Virus record (IMG/VR): IMGVR_UViG_3300036715_003254
Coordinates: 1 to 64,000 of that record
From: a virus
DNA length: 64,000 nt
Strand: one strand, 5' to 3'
Part shown: in pieces, positions 8,461 to 16,347 of the stretch
Layout of the letters: each line of letters begins with the position of its first letter
Position numbering within the stretch: position 1 is the stretch's first letter
The notes under the pieces: model-generated
The model's input: the letters and a program-made list of their open reading frames with translations, nothing else
Databases searched by the model: none
What the model was told of the DNA's origin: nothing
Position numbers and translations under genes: made by a program

Positions 8461-8676
8461 TTAAATTACTTCATACTCCATTTTATCTTCATCATCGTCG
8501 TCCTCTTTATCATCTATAAGACTGACAACACTACAGTCTACAATTTCGACATTATCTCCATAGATAAAGTAAACTATATCATAAGCTTCATCTTCATATT
8601 CAGCGTCTACTACAACAGGAAGAACACCCGTTTCACCGTTAACATTAGCTAATAGAAACCTAAAGCTTAACATCAA
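8461..8676 (-). CDS. small acidic protein, paralog of 8673-8867
   Basis: Shares SFRFLLxNVxGxxGVL...EAYDI...YGxxVE with its neighbour. Confidence 0.7.
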   Translation of the reverse strand: MMLSFRFLLANVNGETGVLPVVVDAEYEDEAYDIVYFIYGDNVEIVDCSVVSLIDDKEDDDDEDKMEYEVI

Positions 8677-8867
8677 AAATCACCATATCTCATAGCATCT
8701 TCATCGAACGCTGGACCAGTGCAAGTACATTCAAGAACTTCAACATCTTCTCCGTATTCATCGAAAATAATATCATAAGCTTCTTCTTCACAACAAGCGT
8801 TTACACTAGTTGAAAGAACACCTTTTACACCATCAACGTTATTTAGTAAAAATCTGAAGCTGTACAT
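8673..8867 (-). CDS. small acidic protein, paralog of 8461-8676
   Basis: First gene after the promoter at 8900; AAAGGA RBS. Confidence 0.7.
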   Translation of the reverse strand: MYSFRFLLNNVDGVKGVLSTSVNACCEEEAYDIIFDEYGEDVEVLECTCTGPAFDEDAMRYGDF

Positions 8868-8899
8868 TTAAAAATCCTTTAAACTTTTTATATGTTGTA

Positions 8900-8932
8900 A
8901 TTATAACTAAATAAAGCTTAAAAGTATCTTAA
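8900..8932 (-). promoter_or_regulatory. host sigma70-type early promoter
   Basis: TTAAG...TTTAAG-N-TTTAGT-TATAAT. Confidence 0.7.
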
Positions 8933-8971
8933 TTGAAAAGTTTTCAAAACCCATAGAAATATTTTTAGAAT

Positions 8972-9313
8972 TCACCCTGCTAAAAACTGGACATTTAACT
9001 TATTAAAAACTAAAGTCAATATATCATTAAAAATAGCCTGTTCTTGAGATAAGAAACGAATTTTAAACTCGCCTTGTTTAACTTTATACGAAAATCCGTA
9101 AGAATCTGTACCGCTTACCTTTTCTTTTTCTGCTAGAAAAATTCCATCAGAAGCAGAGTAATTAACAAACATTCTTCCGTAATCGAAAAGAAGCTCTTCA
9201 ACAAAAATTTCATTTATAGCCTCGTGTTTAAAGATATACTCATTAAAATTTGTCGGTTTATTTTTAACTGGTATTATCTTTATGGTAAGAGATTCGTTTT
9301 TCTGTTTTTTCAA
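8972..9313 (-). CDS. hypothetical protein
   Basis: 113-aa ORF coupled to the upstream gene. Confidence 0.55.
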   Translation of the reverse strand: MKKQKNESLTIKIIPVKNKPTNFNEYIFKHEAINEIFVEELLFDYGRMFVNYSASDGIFLAEKEKVSGTDSYGFSYKVKQGEFKIRFLSQEQAIFNDILTLVFNKLNVQFLAG

Positions 9314-9549
9314 AATTTACCCCTTCTATTAAATAAAACAAAGAAATAACCGAAAATAGCCAAAAACATAGTATTTACGAATGGCATCCAAGTCATCATT
9401 TTGAAATATGAAATAACACTTAACCATTCATTGTATTTTATTCTGTCAGTTTTTCCATACCAGAGCTTATAAAGCATAGGCTCAAAGAAAGCTTTAAAAA
9501 CGGCTTGACAACCTATTACAGAAAAAATATATATCGCCAACAAATTCAT
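9310..9549 (-). CDS. small membrane protein
   Basis: Two hydrophobic segments. Confidence 0.55.
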   Translation of the reverse strand: MNLLAIYIFSVIGCQAVFKAFFEPMLYKLWYGKTDRIKYNEWLSVISYFKMMTWMPFVNTMFLAIFGYFFVLFNRRGKF

Positions 9550-9550
9550 T

Positions 9551-9871
9551 TTAATCTCCTCCGTGTATCGGACAATTTTTATTGATAATCATACCGTGTC
9601 CTATTCTCTCATTATTATCCATTTTAGGACAAATACAGTGAGGCAAGTACCAACTTCTATGGTATCTTTCGTCTTCTTTAAACTTCCAAGTTCTTTGTAG
9701 TTCGAACTCATTATCTGTCCATTCTTCAAAAAGTTTTCTAAGAGTAGAAACATCTTTTGATTTTGACATTTTAGACTCTATTTCTTTTCTTTTTGAATGT
9801 AGTTGTTCGATTTCTTCGACATCTTTAGGCGTAAGACCTTGTTTTTCTACTAGTTCTGGATTTGCTGCCAT
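9551..9871 (-). CDS. phage hypothetical protein with C-terminal Cys/His metal-binding motif
   Basis: LQRTWKF...PHCICPKMDN...CPIHG. Confidence 0.65.
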   Translation of the reverse strand: MAANPELVEKQGLTPKDVEEIEQLHSKRKEIESKMSKSKDVSTLRKLFEEWTDNEFELQRTWKFKEDERYHRSWYLPHCICPKMDNNERIGHGMIINKNCPIHGGD

Positions 9872-9903
9872 ATTTGATTCCTTTAAAATTATTTTCGTTC
9901 CGC

Positions 9904-10197
9904 TTAAAGATATTTTTCTTCCTCATAAAAATCGATTGCTTCTTCTGAAGTTGAAAATTTCAAAATACTCCAATTATAAACACAAGGCTTTCGATTAATT
10001 CTTCTAAGAACCTTTATCATATAAATTCTTGTATCAAGAATTTGTTCTGATGTTAAAAAAATTATTTCTTCATTAGTAGATTTAAGCACTCTATCAATTT
10101 TTATTTTTAGTCTTGTCATAAAATCATCATCAAAGAAACCGTCATAACATCTAGCTGTAAGTTTAGAACGACCTAAATATTTTTCTGCTTTCGTCAT
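9904..10197 (-). CDS. hypothetical protein
   Basis: ORF with RBS directly after the promoter at 10221. Confidence 0.6.
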   Translation of the reverse strand: MTKAEKYLGRSKLTARCYDGFFDDDFMTRLKIKIDRVLKSTNEEIIFLTSEQILDTRIYMIKVLRRINRKPCVYNWSILKFSTSEEAIDFYEEEKYL

Positions 10198-10220
10198 TTT
10201 AATCCTTTTCGGTTTAGGAA

Positions 10221-10253
10221 ATTATAACTAAACTAAACTTAAAATAAGCTTAA
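10221..10253 (-). promoter_or_regulatory. host sigma70-type early promoter
   Basis: TTTAAG...TTTAAG-N-TTTAGT-TATAAT. Confidence 0.7.
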
Positions 10254-10254
10254 A

Positions 10255-10461
10255 TCATAAGTAAAAATCTAAATTAACTCCAAGTTCTTTTTGAAAAGTT
10301 ATTGTATGAGATTTTTTGTTTTCTTTTTCATCGAAGGTTTTTAATTTCGTTTCGTTAGGAGTTTTTATCGCAACATCTATTCTTGATGTATAGTCTGAAA
10401 GTTTAGTGTGGTAAAGAGCACCATAAAGGTTATTTGAAGAGTTATAAGAAGTTAAAATCAC
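10255..10461 (-). CDS. hypothetical protein
   Basis: 68-aa ORF with an AAGGA RBS and GTG start. Confidence 0.45.
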   Translation of the reverse strand: MILTSYNSSNNLYGALYHTKLSDYTSRIDVAIKTPNETKLKTFDEKENKKSHTITFQKELGVNLDFYL

Positions 10462-10607
10462 AGTAATCCTTTCGCTATTTCTTGATAATAGATCACTATA
10501 GATAACACAGAAATAAAAATAATACTTAAAATCATAGTAAACCTCGTAGAATTTGTGTGATTTAAATCACAAATTCTACAATATTTATATCTTTCATCAA
10601 AGACGAT

Positions 10608-11909
10608 TCACTTCACCTTTTTCTCTTTTACTATGTGTTCAAACTTATCGGCTGTTGAGCGGTCTTCTCTTATAGATTTAAATCTAGGAAGGAACAAACT
10701 CCAAGATCCGGTTTTTGTGGAGATAGCTTCGTTATACACTACTTCTACAATTTTCCCTTTGAAGTCTTCAATTTTGAATTCATTTCTAAACTCATCGGTA
10801 AAGCCTGAAAGGTGAGTTTTTATTTTTCCATCTTCTGACTCGCAAACAAGAGAACCAAGAACTTTTTCATACTTACTTCCAGGAGTACCGTATTCAAAAT
10901 CTACTATTCTTAGAGAGCACTCTAGTTCTGCTTTTAATTTTACTTGTCCTTTGACACGCTTATTTTCATAGATTTGGTCTTCATTTTTTAGGACTGTGCC
11001 TTCAAAGCCTTGATTATAAACTTCATTGAAGTGTTCTTTAGCTTCTTCAAAAGAGTTTACTCTTCTTGTCGGTATAATAGAAAGGAACTTATTATCTTTT
11101 ATCATTTCATTCAAACGATTAAATCTTGAGACATATTTTTCTTTATCATAACCTTCTTTAAATGATTTAATGCCAATTAGATCCCAAGCTTGAAATCTGA
11201 TTTTTGTTTTTTCTTCCTCAGAAGCAGTACCCTTAAGAGCCTTTTGAACAAGACCATTTCCAGCTTGTCTTTTTAGAAGCTCACCATTTTCTTCGGCAAC
11301 AAACTCACCATCAATAACATAACCAACGAAGTCTTGTACATAAGGGATAGTCCATTCAAGGTTTTCTATCTCTCTTCCATTTCTTGTAAAGTATCTCACA
11401 TTAGTAGATGACTCAACTACACAGACAATTCTTGTTCCGTCTGCTTTTAATTGTGAAAGTGCTGGATATTTTATAGCCTTTATAGTCTTTTCATTGAAAG
11501 GTTGACAAAGCATTAAATCGAATGTAGGAACAAGACCAGGAAAAATTTTGTTGATTGTAGAAGTCGACACGCCGCATTTTAGATCTTTTCCTATTATTCT
11601 TTCAACTACTTGAGCGTCTCTTTCTGATACTGATTCAAGAATATTTTTAAGATGTGCTATACCTTCGTTTCCTGTGTATTTTCTATTGACTAAATCGTCA
11701 AGCTCATTCATTGCTTGTTCTAGACCAATTAGACCAGCAGATCTTTTTTTGTACTCAGGAATTTTTCGAATGTTGTAGACCTTGTACGGTGAATATGCAT
11801 AATTCAACACTTTCTTAAGTGTTTCATTATGTAAATGTTCTTCAAGTACTCTCTCTTTAAAGAGACGTGAATTGTCGGAATTCAAAAGCTCAAGTATTTT
11901 CAGAATCAT
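10608..11909 (-). CDS. gp30: ATP-dependent DNA ligase (T4 gp30-like)
   Basis: KADG adenylation motif, DGE, EG-x-VLK, and SLFLPRF in the OB domain. Confidence 0.95.
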   Translation of the reverse strand: MILKILELLNSDNSRLFKERVLEEHLHNETLKKVLNYAYSPYKVYNIRKIPEYKKRSAGLIGLEQAMNELDDLVNRKYTGNEGIAHLKNILESVSERDAQVVERIIGKDLKCGVSTSTINKIFPGLVPTFDLMLCQPFNEKTIKAIKYPALSQLKADGTRIVCVVESSTNVRYFTRNGREIENLEWTIPYVQDFVGYVIDGEFVAEENGELLKRQAGNGLVQKALKGTASEEEKTKIRFQAWDLIGIKSFKEGYDKEKYVSRFNRLNEMIKDNKFLSIIPTRRVNSFEEAKEHFNEVYNQGFEGTVLKNEDQIYENKRVKGQVKLKAELECSLRIVDFEYGTPGSKYEKVLGSLVCESEDGKIKTHLSGFTDEFRNEFKIEDFKGKIVEVVYNEAISTKTGSWSLFLPRFKSIREDRSTADKFEHIVKEKKVK

Positions 11910-11939
11910 TTCATCTCTTTCATTTTTTTGTTTAAAGGT

Positions 11940-11972
11940 ATTATAACTAAACTTTTCTTAAAACAAACTTAA
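11940..11972 (-). promoter_or_regulatory. host sigma70-type promoter of the ligase gene
   Basis: TTAAG...TTTAAG-N-TTTAGT-TATAAT. Confidence 0.7.
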
Positions 11973-11987
11973 GATACTATTTACAAA

Positions 11988-12443
11988 TCAAAAGTTTCCG
12001 CCGTTCGCTATCATTTCTTTATAGAATTTGAAAGCACAAGTTTCAAAATCTTCTTCTAATTTTGAAGAGAAATTTACAAATCGATCTTTGAAAGTACAAG
12101 CGTGTTCAACGTTTTTTGCTATTACATCCATTTTTACGATACCATAAGGCTTTTTATCTTGGATACCCTTAAACTCTAAAGAAGGGAAAAAGAGATTGTC
12201 AATACTTGCTTTTTCTATTTCTTCTATGCTCTTTATGTTTTCAGTGTGTGAATCATAGCTTATTTCAAAAAATTGCCATCCTGAATTTCTCAATCGATAT
12301 ATCTTTTTAATTGTGAAATTTAATCCTCCATCTACTTTCACCTTCTCAAAACTATGTTCAAGACCTGCTCTTTCGGCACTAGATAAAACCTGATGGTCAA
12401 TCTCGAAAATTTCTTCTGGAAAATCTTTAGAATGAAATAACAT
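11988..12443 (-). CDS. hypothetical protein
   Basis: 151-aa ORF with a GGAG RBS. Confidence 0.6.
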   Translation of the reverse strand: MLFHSKDFPEEIFEIDHQVLSSAERAGLEHSFEKVKVDGGLNFTIKKIYRLRNSGWQFFEISYDSHTENIKSIEEIEKASIDNLFFPSLEFKGIQDKKPYGIVKMDVIAKNVEHACTFKDRFVNFSSKLEEDFETCAFKFYKEMIANGGNF

Positions 12444-12536
12444 TTTATTTCTCCGTTTTGTATTTTGAAATATGGAGATTTAACTAAAAATTTCGCCATT
12501 CAAAGATCTCTCCATATACTTATTTCTATATATTAG

Positions 12537-12881
12537 TCATAGTTCTACCATAGAGTAGTTTCTTTTAGATTTTTCTTCTACATCATTAAAATCTAGAACT
12601 ACAAGCTCTGGAAAGCCACAAAGCATATCAATATAAGCTCTAATAGGAGTGTCAAATTTTAATTCTACAACTTCTACAAGATAAGATCGACCCGATTCAG
12701 TTTTTCTAAGAAGAAGTGATACAAGATTACCTCTTACAATAAGATCTAGCTCTATATCCTTATCTTTCAGAGAAATAGGAAATAGAAGAGAAGTAGAACT
12801 TTCATAAGAAACGTGAACAGAACCAATTAAAGAATCGGCTTCTGAATTTGTTTTTTGATTTTCTACTTTTAAAAGTTTCAT
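12537..12881 (-). CDS. hypothetical protein
   Basis: 114-aa ORF coupled (ATGA) to a small upstream ORF. Confidence 0.6.
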   Translation of the reverse strand: MKLLKVENQKTNSEADSLIGSVHVSYESSTSLLFPISLKDKDIELDLIVRGNLVSLLLRKTESGRSYLVEVVELKFDTPIRAYIDMLCGFPELVVLDFNDVEEKSKRNYSMVEL

Positions 12882-12985
12882 TTTTTATAGCTTTTTAGGA
12901 TTTTTGCTGCTTCAGCAATAGTAGCTATATTTTGAGATATCATTATCTCGAAAAGTCTTTTTATTTCTGATGGTTTACCGAACAT
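12878..12985 (-). CDS. small protein MFGKPSEIKRLFEIMISQNIATIAEAAKILKSYKK
   Basis: GAGGAG RBS, directly after the promoter at 13014-13019; ATGA overlap with the next gene. Confidence 0.55.
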   Translation of the reverse strand: MFGKPSEIKRLFEIMISQNIATIAEAAKILKSYKK

Positions 12986-13216
12986 TTTAATCTCCTCTTT
13001 TTTAATTTAGAAAATTATAACTAAACTATTCTTAAAGAAAGCTTAAATTTAATCTTCAAAACTAAATTTTTTATCTCTTATTTTATAGTATGAGAAGCAA
13101 TTCGGCTTCTCAAGTTTTAAACTGACTCTATTATTAGTGAACAACTAAACTCTTTATCTCTGTATCATACTTTTTTATTTTCCAACAAATCACCCATTGC
13201 CGAAACTATATAAAAA

Positions 13217-13510
13217 TCAACCTTCTCCACCACCATAACCACCAGATCCGTTACCGTCTCCGTAACCATATCCAGCGCCATAACCATCTCCATTGCCATA
13301 ACCGTCTCCGATACCGTAACCAACACCATCGCCATCATTAAATATAGAACCTTGACCGTTTGCAGAACCGCAACCTAGTCCACAGCCGTATCCAGATCCG
13401 TTACCATCTCCAGATCCGTTACCATCTCCAAATCCAAACTGTGAACCAAATCCATCACCAGTACCATTACCGAATCCGGAACTTTTATTAATGTGTCTAT
13501 CTAACCACAT
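13217..13510 (-). CDS. Gly-rich (GxGxG) low-complexity peptide
   Basis: Leader MWLDRHI followed by alternating Gly with D/N/S/Y/F/C. Confidence 0.7.
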   Translation of the reverse strand: MWLDRHINKSSGFGNGTGDGFGSQFGFGDGNGSGDGNGSGYGCGLGCGSANGQGSIFNDGDGVGYGIGDGYGNGDGYGAGYGYGDGNGSGGYGGGEG

Positions 13511-13874
13511 AACTTTTTTGACTTTTTATGTTTTCTATCGCAACATCAGTACAAGGAATTATCTCTATTGGTTGAAGCCATACTTTTTCTACAGCTTCGC
13601 ATACTTTACTACTATTATCTAGACCGGCAATAGATACTTCACTTAGACTAATACCTTTATTAGCTGTTTTCCAGTAATAAAGTCTTCTAGCTTCTCCTAG
13701 AATAATTTCATTACCTTCTTTTTGTAGTACCTTGCCAAACCATACTCCAGCAGAGTAAGTTCTTATGATAGAATATGTTCCTACCATTTCATTACAGCCT
13801 TTAATTGTCATATTCTCAAACAAGCACTTAAGTTCAGTTATTTGTTCTAGAGTTAAATCTTTTATATTAATCAT
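13497..13874 (-). CDS. DUF6948-like (Sm-like) protein
   Basis: IIRTYSAGVWFG...EARRLYYW...SLSEVS...EIIPCT, recognised as a phage family usually found next to Gly-rich ORFs. Confidence 0.75.
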   Translation of the reverse strand: MINIKDLTLEQITELKCLFENMTIKGCNEMVGTYSIIRTYSAGVWFGKVLQKEGNEIILGEARRLYYWKTANKGISLSEVSIAGLDNSSKVCEAVEKVWLQPIEIIPCTDVAIENIKSQKSYVVR

Positions 13875-13877
13875 TTC

Positions 13878-14207
13878 TTATCCTTTATTTAAAATTTCAT
13901 CTTGGTCTGAATCATCTTCCCAGTCTCCATTACCACAGCCAAAACCACTACCACAACCATAGTTACGACCATAACCAGAGCCGCCGCCACAGCCATAGTC
14001 GTTACCAGAACCAGAGCCACTACCAGATCCATCACCGTCTCCATCTCCATAACTAGTGCCTTCGCCCGAACCATAACCAAATCCATATCCATCACCATAT
14101 CCATCTCCCATTCCAGAACCACTACCTGAACCTGCACCATAACCGCTACCAGATCCGTCGCCGAATCCAAAACCGAAGTCTATACCTATATTTTCATCAA
14201 GTAGCAT
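13878..14207 (-). CDS. Gly-rich (GxGxG) low-complexity peptide
   Basis: Leader MLLDENI followed by GFG/GSG/GDG/GYG repeats and an acidic tail; AAGGA RBS. Confidence 0.7.
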   Translation of the reverse strand: MLLDENIGIDFGFGFGDGSGSGYGAGSGSGSGMGDGYGDGYGFGYGSGEGTSYGDGDGDGSGSGSGSGNDYGCGGGSGYGRNYGCGSGFGCGNGDWEDDSDQDEILNKG

Positions 14208-14225
14208 AATTCTTATCCTTTAAAC

Positions 14226-14636
14226 TTAATTGCCATCGCCTCTTCTTATTAAATCTCTTTCTTTTATTGTTTCTCTCTTTTCGTATTGTTTTTTACCTCT
14301 ACAAAATCCAACTTTTAGCCTAATAACTGTTTTTTCGTCTTGATATAACTCGAGAGGTATAATAGTAGTTCCCTTTTCAGAAAGAAATTTCATCATTTTC
14401 TCTCTTTCTTTCTTAGTACAGAGAACTGTCTTTAACCTTGTAGGATCGTCAACCTTTCCTATATGAAATTTCGTATAGACACCTTTAGAGTCAATCATAC
14501 AATATTCACCTTTTAAGTTCGCTCGGTGTTCTCTGATGGCCTTTACCTCTTGTCCAAAAAGTATCAAGGAACACTCAAGCTCCTTTTCGATTGTATAATC
14601 GAATTTCGCTTTTGTGTTCTTAGCGAATGATATCAT
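14226..14636 (-). CDS. smpB: SsrA-binding protein SmpB (divergent)
   Basis: NxKAKFDY, LxGQEVKAIR, DPTR, KGTTIIPLELY, RGKKQYEKRETIKERD. Confidence 0.9.
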   Translation of the reverse strand: MISFAKNTKAKFDYTIEKELECSLILFGQEVKAIREHRANLKGEYCMIDSKGVYTKFHIGKVDDPTRLKTVLCTKKEREKMMKFLSEKGTTIIPLELYQDEKTVIRLKVGFCRGKKQYEKRETIKERDLIRRGDGN

Positions 14637-15034
14637 ATACCTAACACCTGTTTAGATAGTTCTGATAGACTTTTAGGATTATACAGACCATCAAAATTTT
14701 GTTTAAAATGAGCGTTTATTTCTCCTAGCGATTTTGGAACAGCAGGAAGAGATTTTTCAGAAACTAGCTTTTTAATTCCATTTACTACTTCATCGTCATT
14801 CATTTGTTTTGGAAGATAAGATTCATAAAGCGCCCTTTCCGAGTCTTTCAAATATTCGTTCTTCAACAAGTTTCTAATTACTTGAACACATTCACCGTCA
14901 GTACTCTCCCTGTTACCTTTATTCTTTCCTGGAGCCATCACTTCTCCAAGAAGGAACGATAGATCTTCTTTTGTTGGTAAGTTGTTTTTTCTAGCTATAT
15001 ACAAGTCTCCATATATTTTTGCTTGAATACCCAT
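14633..15034 (-). CDS. YqeY/GatB-domain protein
   Basis: ...LSFLLGEV...TDGECVQVI...ExALYESYLPKQMNDDEV, the YqeY pattern. Confidence 0.75.
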   Translation of the reverse strand: MGIQAKIYGDLYIARKNNLPTKEDLSFLLGEVMAPGKNKGNRESTDGECVQVIRNLLKNEYLKDSERALYESYLPKQMNDDEVVNGIKKLVSEKSLPAVPKSLGEINAHFKQNFDGLYNPKSLSELSKQVLGI

Positions 15035-15035
15035 A

Positions 15036-15233
15036 TTAAAATCCTTCCTCTACTTCTTTAATTTTAATATTTTGTATTTTTATTATTTTGTCCGGCTTTA
15101 TCGTCTCAAAAAGGTCAGTATTATTCCATTCCGCCAACGAATTGTTGATTTTGTTCACTACGCCTTGCTCTGTTTCTTCATCTACATAAAAGGTTTTTGT
15201 TACTAGACAAGTCATTACTACTCTTTTTCTCAT
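15036..15233 (-). CDS. hypothetical protein
   Basis: 65-aa ORF coupled to the upstream gene. Confidence 0.55.
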   Translation of the reverse strand: MRKRVVMTCLVTKTFYVDEETEQGVVNKINNSLAEWNNTDLFETIKPDKIIKIQNIKIKEVEEGF

Positions 15234-15517
15234 TAAAATCCTTTACAATAAGTTTCAGTTTTTATTTCACAGTTTCTACCATTAAATGGTACTATTATTT
15301 CTACACAGCCAAGTTCTAATAGTTTTTCAGCCAGAATTTTATTTTTTCTACCCGCAGCTCTATATTGAGCACCGTCATCAATATAATTATAGTAATAATC
15401 GATTTGGTTAGCAAGTTCAATAGCTTTAGCTATATTTTCTTCTGAAACGCCTTCTTCGAAAATAATTTTAGAAGTTTGGAAAGTTTTGATATCGTTTTCG
15501 ATAGTTTTCATTTTCAA
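15233..15517 (-). CDS. hypothetical protein
   Basis: ORF right after the promoter at 15540. Confidence 0.6.
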   Translation of the reverse strand: MKMKTIENDIKTFQTSKIIFEEGVSEENIAKAIELANQIDYYYNYIDDGAQYRAAGRKNKILAEKLLELGCVEIIVPFNGRNCEIKTETYCKGF

Positions 15518-15539
15518 GCCTTTTTACTTAATTTGAGAA

Positions 15540-15572
15540 ATTATAACTAAAAATTTCTTAAACTAATCTTAA
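15540..15572 (-). promoter_or_regulatory. host sigma70-type promoter driving the yqeY-smpB-DUF6948 cluster
   Basis: TTAAG...TTTAAG-N-TTTAGT-TATAAT. Confidence 0.7.
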
Positions 15573-15610
15573 ATTTCAGCAAAATTAAAAATTAAGGTTA
15601 ATTTAAGAAA

Positions 15611-15898
15611 TGGTGGACGATACGGCATCGAAGCCGTGTTATCCTGATATCTTCGTTAAGAAATAGTTAAAACAAAATCGCACTTGAAACGATTTTGAGT
15701 TCAAATAGGAGTTTTACAATGTTTTTAGAGAAAAGTGAAAAGAAAGGAAAAGAAAAAATTCAACTTCGTAGCAAAAGGAGTTGTTTCTTGTTAAGCTGCC
15801 AACTCCGCTGCAGGTTTAAAGTTTGTATTGTTTGCACTTATTTGTTTTCAAGTGTATTTCTTACCTACACAATAACAGGATCTTACCCTTAACCGCCC
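15611..15898 (-). ncRNA. ssrA: tmRNA (one-piece, 288 nt); tag ANNTNFKPAAELAA* at 15835-15791
   Basis: 5' GGGCGGU pairs with AUCGUCC-A-CCA, giving the G3:U alanine determinant; T-arm ACGGC-UUCGAU-GCCGU; UAAGU before the GCA resume codon; tag ends LAA-stop; SmpB nearby. Confidence 0.92.
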
Positions 15899-15907
15899 GT
15901 GTTTAAA

Positions 15908-16056
15908 TGGAAGCTGGTTTCATTGTTTAAGCAATGTTCCCAGCTGAGACAACAACTATACGCACACCCTTAAAACTATGCGATCCTTTGCTGCCGAAGG
16001 ATTTCTCGAGACATTGAAGTAGAGGTGCACTTACTTCTGAATACTCAATGAGAAAT
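15908..16056 (-). ncRNA. candidate multi-hairpin RNA just upstream of the tmRNA
   Basis: Stems GAAGUA/UACUUC, AUCCUU/AAGGAU, CGCAUA/UGUGCG, AGCUGG/CCAGCU; ends ...CUUCCA. Confidence 0.4.
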
Positions 16057-16066
16057 TATTCGAATG

Positions 16067-16108
16067 ACTTTCTTCGATGGCTATTCTCGAATAGCCATCG
16101 AAGAAAGT
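16067..16108. repeat. perfect 20-bp inverted repeat
   Basis: ACTTTCTTCGATGGCTATTC-TC-GAATAGCCATCGAAGAAAGT. Confidence 0.9.
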
Positions 16109-16126
16109 TATTAAGTGCTTCATTAA

Positions 16127-16300
16127 ACAATCAACGGGTAGTTACTCCCGTGTATCCATCTAGCCTCTTCCTATCATTGAAAGAGGTTACTGATAACTAA
16201 ATGGACTTTTTATTAAGCACACAGTCAGCGGCGCTATTTGACGCCGCATATCCGTCTAGCCTCTTTCGACAAAAGAGGTTACTGGCAACTAGATGGACTT
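16127..16300 (-). ncRNA. two tandem copies of a ~80-nt structured RNA motif
   Basis: Each copy reads AAGUCCAUYUAG-UURYCAGUAA-CCUCUUU-loop-AAGAGG-CUAGAYGGAUA-hairpin-UGAYUGU. Confidence 0.65.
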
Positions 16301-16347
16301 ATTTCTAAAGCCTAGCACAAAGGTGTATTATTCGGCTTTAGATCGTT

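Noticed and set aside
13889-14170. Alternate-frame ORF rich in M/V/D
   Set aside because: Frame-shifted shadow of the GGN-rich Gly peptide gene.
15611-15690. Standalone tRNA gene suggested by the CCA end and T-arm
   Set aside because: There is no anticodon arm; this is the 3' half of the tmRNA tRNA-like domain.
15695-15892. 65-aa plus-strand ORF
   Set aside because: Lies antisense within the tmRNA.
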